14,468 bases of DNA, taken from Candidatus Aegiribacteria sp. (lineage in GTDB: Bacteria; Fermentibacterota; Fermentibacteria; Fermentibacterales; JCC-6). The notes beneath the pieces are model-generated. The model did not search any database. It was not told the DNA's origin and worked only from the letters and a program-made list of their open reading frames with translations. How positions within the stretch are numbered: the stretch's first letter is position 1; each line of letters begins with the position of its first letter. The position numbers and the translations under genes are program-made. This document shows positions 11,269 to 14,468 of the stretch, in pieces. Location of the stretch: contig JAWOBF010000028.1 of the NCBI GenBank assembly GCA_046498225.1, positions 1 to 14,468 of the forward strand. The letters run 5' to 3'.

Positions 11269-13413
11269 TCAGATGCCGGGCCTGCTGTCGCCGGTGTGCC
11301 TGTAGACGATATCCGCCGGAAGTATCCGCCGGGGATCGATATCAACGGCGATGATCCGTTCGGGGACGCCGGACAGGTCTGCCGTGAAGTATCCGCCGGT
11401 GAACCCGGGGGACATTTCCAGGCTGTGCGAGCCGACCTCGGTTATCACGGTGATACGGTTTGTTACAGAACCCAGCGGAAAATCCTGTCCCGGCTGATAC
11501 TGCCGCAGCATCACCGTGAGAACATCGCCGGTGTCCGACCATGCTACCTCCAGGATCGGGACGCCGGGTCCGTAGAACCACTGGAAGAACATTTCCCCGT
11601 AGCTGCTGGTCTCCATCACGCCCATCGCCGAGAACAGCCTGTTGAACGGGTCGCCGGAATGGCGCAGGTTGCCCAGCGCCCTGGGCACGGCTCTTTCGAA
11701 GAAGGGCATCTCATCGGCCAGGAATTCCATCACGACCGGAGCTTTCCCCAGTATTACCGGTTCGTACAGCGGGGAGGTCTCCAGCATGGGGTCGGCTATG
11801 GAGTATTCCACCGGACCGAGAACCTCCGTGGAATAGAGGTAGTGCTTCATCAACGCTTCCGTAAGCCTCGGAGCGGATTCAGGGTCCTCCGATATGATGA
11901 ACCTGAATACCGCCCAGCCGGCCAGGACATCCCTGAGACTGTTGGAAAGGTAGGTGCTGCCAGCCAGGAACGCCCTGGCGGTCTCGAAGACTATGGAGGT
12001 AGCCTGCACACCGGCGCCGGATACCAGGGAATCCGTCCAGCTCCCGCAGTCAGAGACCTCCTCCAGCATCTCATCGGAGAGGAACACGCATCCGGGACCC
12101 GCCATCAGCACCGGAAGGTCAAGCACGTTGACGATTATCATATCCAGCCCGGCGCCGTCGTACCCCAGCTCTCTCCACAGTACCTGCGCCATGCGATCGG
12201 CCAGGTTCACCAGAGCGGGGTCCGTCGGATCCGCGCTGGAGTGAACGAAAAGGCTCCTGCCGTCGGCGATGTACTGCTCCGTGAAGCCGCCGGCCGCCCA
12301 GGCCAGCGGACCCTTGATCCCGCCTCTGGGAGAGGAGTACGAAACGGTAAGCACCGAATCGGCGACCGACCTGCCGGTTTCGTCCAGGGACATGTACACC
12401 CGGTAACCCTGCTGCTCGGGTATGGAGACCCTGAGGGAATAGGAGGAGGGTATGTCACAGCCGGGATAGAACCACATGCCGCACTGGAAGGAGATGGAAC
12501 GGTCTATTCGCATGCCGTCCACTGTCATCCTGTCGGGATTCGAAGACAGGAAGCCGTTCCAGCTGGCGGAATAGACGCCGGTGAACCTTCTGGTGGAATC
12601 CGCCGTGCAGATGACCGAATCACCCGTGATGGAGATGGAACCCCTGACAGGCTCGAAACCGGTGCCGTTCTCGCACCTGGGAAAGTACAGGGTCAGCTGG
12701 CTGTCGGACTGAGTTGTCCGGAAATCGATCCTCACCGTGTCCAGGACGCTCATTTCCCTCTCGGCCGGATCTATCCGCATGTTCATGGTGTGGGCGATGT
12801 CGGGGGGTACCGTTACATCCGCGTTCATCTCCCGGACTATCTCGCTCCTGGTCCTGTCCGAAAGATAGACTTCGCGTTCAAGCCCGTTCCCGGGCCCTGA
12901 GAGTTCGGCGGTGCTGAGAATGCCGGATACCGATGTAAGGAGTATGCTCATGGAGGTGCTGAAGGAGCTGACCCTCAGTACGGCCAGTTCGCTGTTACCC
13001 CTGTTCCATACCCTCTCCACGAAACTGGAATCACCCTTGACGTACGTAACCGCCGTGAATGGCGGGGTCTGGCCATGAGGGGTCACAACAACGGTATCCA
13101 GGTTGTCCGCGCTCCCCCCATCCAGATAGGCCAGCCGATGGGAGGGCGAGGAACCGCAGCCGGGGACCGTCATGGCTGTTATGGACAGAACCAGCTCTTC
13201 CGAGTGGAGTATCAGTTCGAAGGGAGCGCCATCCCTGTACCGGAGTGAATCCCGGAATTCGCCCTCCGGCAGCGTCATCTCCACCGAAACACCTTTGCCC
13301 GCGGATATCGAGACGTTTTTTTCGGTTATCGCCGGAAGTTCCGCGTCTTCTCCACAGGAGGAGAAAAGAACGGTTGCCATGGCCAGCAGAGCGGCCGGAC
13401 GGTAAAATCTCAT
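11269..13413 (-). CDS. Putative lipoprotein with a degenerate M1 (gluzincin) aminopeptidase-like region, probably non-catalytic, 714 aa
   Basis: Lipoprotein signal MRFYRPAALLAMATVLFSS-C. The C-terminal ~500 aa resembles the bacterial M1 architecture (WFYP; LAWAAG; GPGCVFL; LGKAPVVMEFL; FFQWFYGPGVPILEV; VDIDPRRIL), but the HExxH position reads FETAR. Confidence 0.6.
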   Translation of the reverse strand: MRFYRPAALLAMATVLFSSCGEDAELPAITEKNVSISAGKGVSVEMTLPEGEFRDSLRYRDGAPFELILHSEELVLSITAMTVPGCGSSPSHRLAYLDGGSADNLDTVVVTPHGQTPPFTAVTYVKGDSSFVERVWNRGNSELAVLRVSSFSTSMSILLTSVSGILSTAELSGPGNGLEREVYLSDRTRSEIVREMNADVTVPPDIAHTMNMRIDPAEREMSVLDTVRIDFRTTQSDSQLTLYFPRCENGTGFEPVRGSISITGDSVICTADSTRRFTGVYSASWNGFLSSNPDRMTVDGMRIDRSISFQCGMWFYPGCDIPSSYSLRVSIPEQQGYRVYMSLDETGRSVADSVLTVSYSSPRGGIKGPLAWAAGGFTEQYIADGRSLFVHSSADPTDPALVNLADRMAQVLWRELGYDGAGLDMIIVNVLDLPVLMAGPGCVFLSDEMLEEVSDCGSWTDSLVSGAGVQATSIVFETARAFLAGSTYLSNSLRDVLAGWAVFRFIISEDPESAPRLTEALMKHYLYSTEVLGPVEYSIADPMLETSPLYEPVILGKAPVVMEFLADEMPFFERAVPRALGNLRHSGDPFNRLFSAMGVMETSSYGEMFFQWFYGPGVPILEVAWSDTGDVLTVMLRQYQPGQDFPLGSVTNRITVITEVGSHSLEMSPGFTGGYFTADLSGVPERIIAVDIDPRRILPADIVYRHTGDSRPGI

Positions 13414-13481
13414 CTGCTCGTCAGAGTCCCCTTCCTCGAATGCTTGAACGATCCGGCTGCAGGACAGTTATCGGATACTGG

Positions 13482-13512
13482 AATATATGACCATAAGGAA
13501 GTGGAATCGCAA
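13482..13512 (-). promoter_or_regulatory. Possible promoter for the lipoprotein-GH57-ligA run
   Basis: Minus strand TTGCGA (13512-13507), 19 nt, TATATT (13487-13482); alternatively a 17-nt spacer to CATATA. Confidence 0.35.
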
Positions 13513-13522
13513 AGGGCCGTTG

Positions 13523-13567
13523 TTGACACCATACCCCGTTTTTCACACATTCCTCCGATGAAGGAGG
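13523..13567 (+). promoter_or_regulatory. Probable sigma70-type promoter and RBS for the 7-TM gene
   Basis: Perfect TTGACA (13523-13528), 17 nt, CACATT (13546-13551). Strong SD AAGGAGG at 13561-13567, 4 nt before ATG 13572. Confidence 0.55.
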
Positions 13568-13571
13568 AAAC

Positions 13572-14279
13572 ATGACCCTGCTGCAGGCGCTGGCCGGTAC
13601 GCTTTCCACCACTGTGGAGCACACTCTAAGGGATTACGCCGTAACCGGCTTCTTCGCCATCGCTTCCTTCCTGCTCTTCATTTTCCTTCAGCTCCTGGGC
13701 AGCAGGCTGTTCGTCAGAATAAGGGAAGCCGGCCACATAGGCCCGCGGGTATTCGTCATCGTTCTGCTTCTCGTCGGGCTCACCGGAAGCGTTTTCAGCT
13801 GCTTCGTCAAGAACAGCGAGGCTTCGCTCCTCCTGGGCTTCCTGTCCGGCCTCTTCATCTGGTCGGCCCTTGTGGACATTCCCCATCAGCTGAACTGGAT
13901 ATCTCCCCTCTCGAGAGGAGCGGTGCTTGTGTTCCTTCCACTGGCCCTTCTCTGGACGGTGGGAATTCTTTTCCTTCGCAGTATACCGGAAGCCGTATTC
14001 GGCGCTACCGGTTACCCGATAGTCGTGTGGGGACTTCAGCTTGCCAGGGCAAGGGTGATATCAAAATGGGGCGCTTCCTCGCCCGCCGCCACCATTCTCA
14101 TACTGTTCACCTCCGCCGTAGCCGGAGGCGCTCTGGCCCTCGGAATAGTTCACGGTACAATCTTCTCGGGCATAATCGGCGGCGTGATATTCGCCATAGC
14201 CACCTGGTCCGCCCTGGAGGTCATATGGGAGAGGGGGATGGACGAGAAACCCTGGAAAGGCGGGTTCTCTAGAAGATGA
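13572..14279 (+). CDS. Hypothetical integral membrane protein, about 7 TM helices, 235 aa
   Basis: Strong SD, seven hydrophobic segments and no family motif I recognise. Apparent internal repeat of TM1-3 in TM5-7. Confidence 0.85.
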   Translation: MTLLQALAGTLSTTVEHTLRDYAVTGFFAIASFLLFIFLQLLGSRLFVRIREAGHIGPRVFVIVLLLVGLTGSVFSCFVKNSEASLLLGFLSGLFIWSALVDIPHQLNWISPLSRGAVLVFLPLALLWTVGILFLRSIPEAVFGATGYPIVVWGLQLARARVISKWGASSPAATILILFTSAVAGGALALGIVHGTIFSGIIGGVIFAIATWSALEVIWERGMDEKPWKGGFSRR

Positions 14280-14466
14280 AATACATCACGCCGACATGGG
14301 CGCTGACAGGTCCCTGTTCCAGGCTGGTGTAGTATATCTCGTCCGGTTCGGCGTCCCTTACGTTCCCGGTGTATTCCTGAACGGTCCATGACTGAGCGGA
14401 AGACCCGTACAGACCGGTAACGCCCAGCTGAAGTCCCAGATGATCGGAAAAAAGATACTCCAGTGT
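14269..14466 (-). CDS. C-terminal 65 aa of an outer-membrane beta-barrel protein (5' end beyond the window)
   Basis: Frame not in the track: TLEYLFSDHLGLQLGVTGLYGSSAQSWTVQEYTGNVRDAEPDEIYYTSLEQGPVSAHVGVMYFIF-TAG. It shows alternating amphipathic strands, an 'EYLFSDHLGL' periplasmic turn and a terminal strand ending in Phe with Gly and Tyr just upstream (BAM beta-signal-like). Convergent 11-nt overlap with the 7-TM gene. Confidence 0.7.
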   Translation of the reverse strand, partial: TLEYLFSDHLGLQLGVTGLYGSSAQSWTVQEYTGNVRDAEPDEIYYTSLEQGPVSAHVGVMYFIF

Positions 14467-14468
14467 AA

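Noticed and set aside
14150..14389. 79-aa minus-strand ORF in the track
   Set aside because: Wrong frame; the adjacent frame encodes a convincing beta-barrel C-terminus.

Overview
GC-rich chromosomal window from a diderm (LPS-containing) bacterium. The sprA gene points to the FCB superphylum and probably not a classical Bacteroidota; that placement is inference. The six-frame track misses three coding segments that run off the window edges. (1) A 1074-codon 5' part of a T9SS translocon SprA/Sov homologue (3366->145, minus strand). (2) An out-of-frame 47-codon internal fragment of a YvlD/DUF360 'phage holin family' membrane protein (142->2), joined abruptly to sprA at 143/144 and most likely a chimeric contig end or a deletion scar. 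(3) The C-terminus of an outer-membrane beta-barrel protein (14466->14269). Between them lie lptF-lptG-serC (+), a hairpin, then a minus-strand run of an M1-aminopeptidase-like lipoprotein lacking its catalytic residues, a GH57 alpha-amylase/4-alpha-glucanotransferase and ligA, and a divergent 7-TM protein with an apparent 3+1+3 internal repeat. I saw no RNA genes, CRISPR arrays or mobile elements. The most interesting items are the divergent SprA, the pseudo-peptidase lipoprotein, the 3+1+3 membrane protein and the sprA/holin junction. All family calls come from motif recognition by eye, not from searches.
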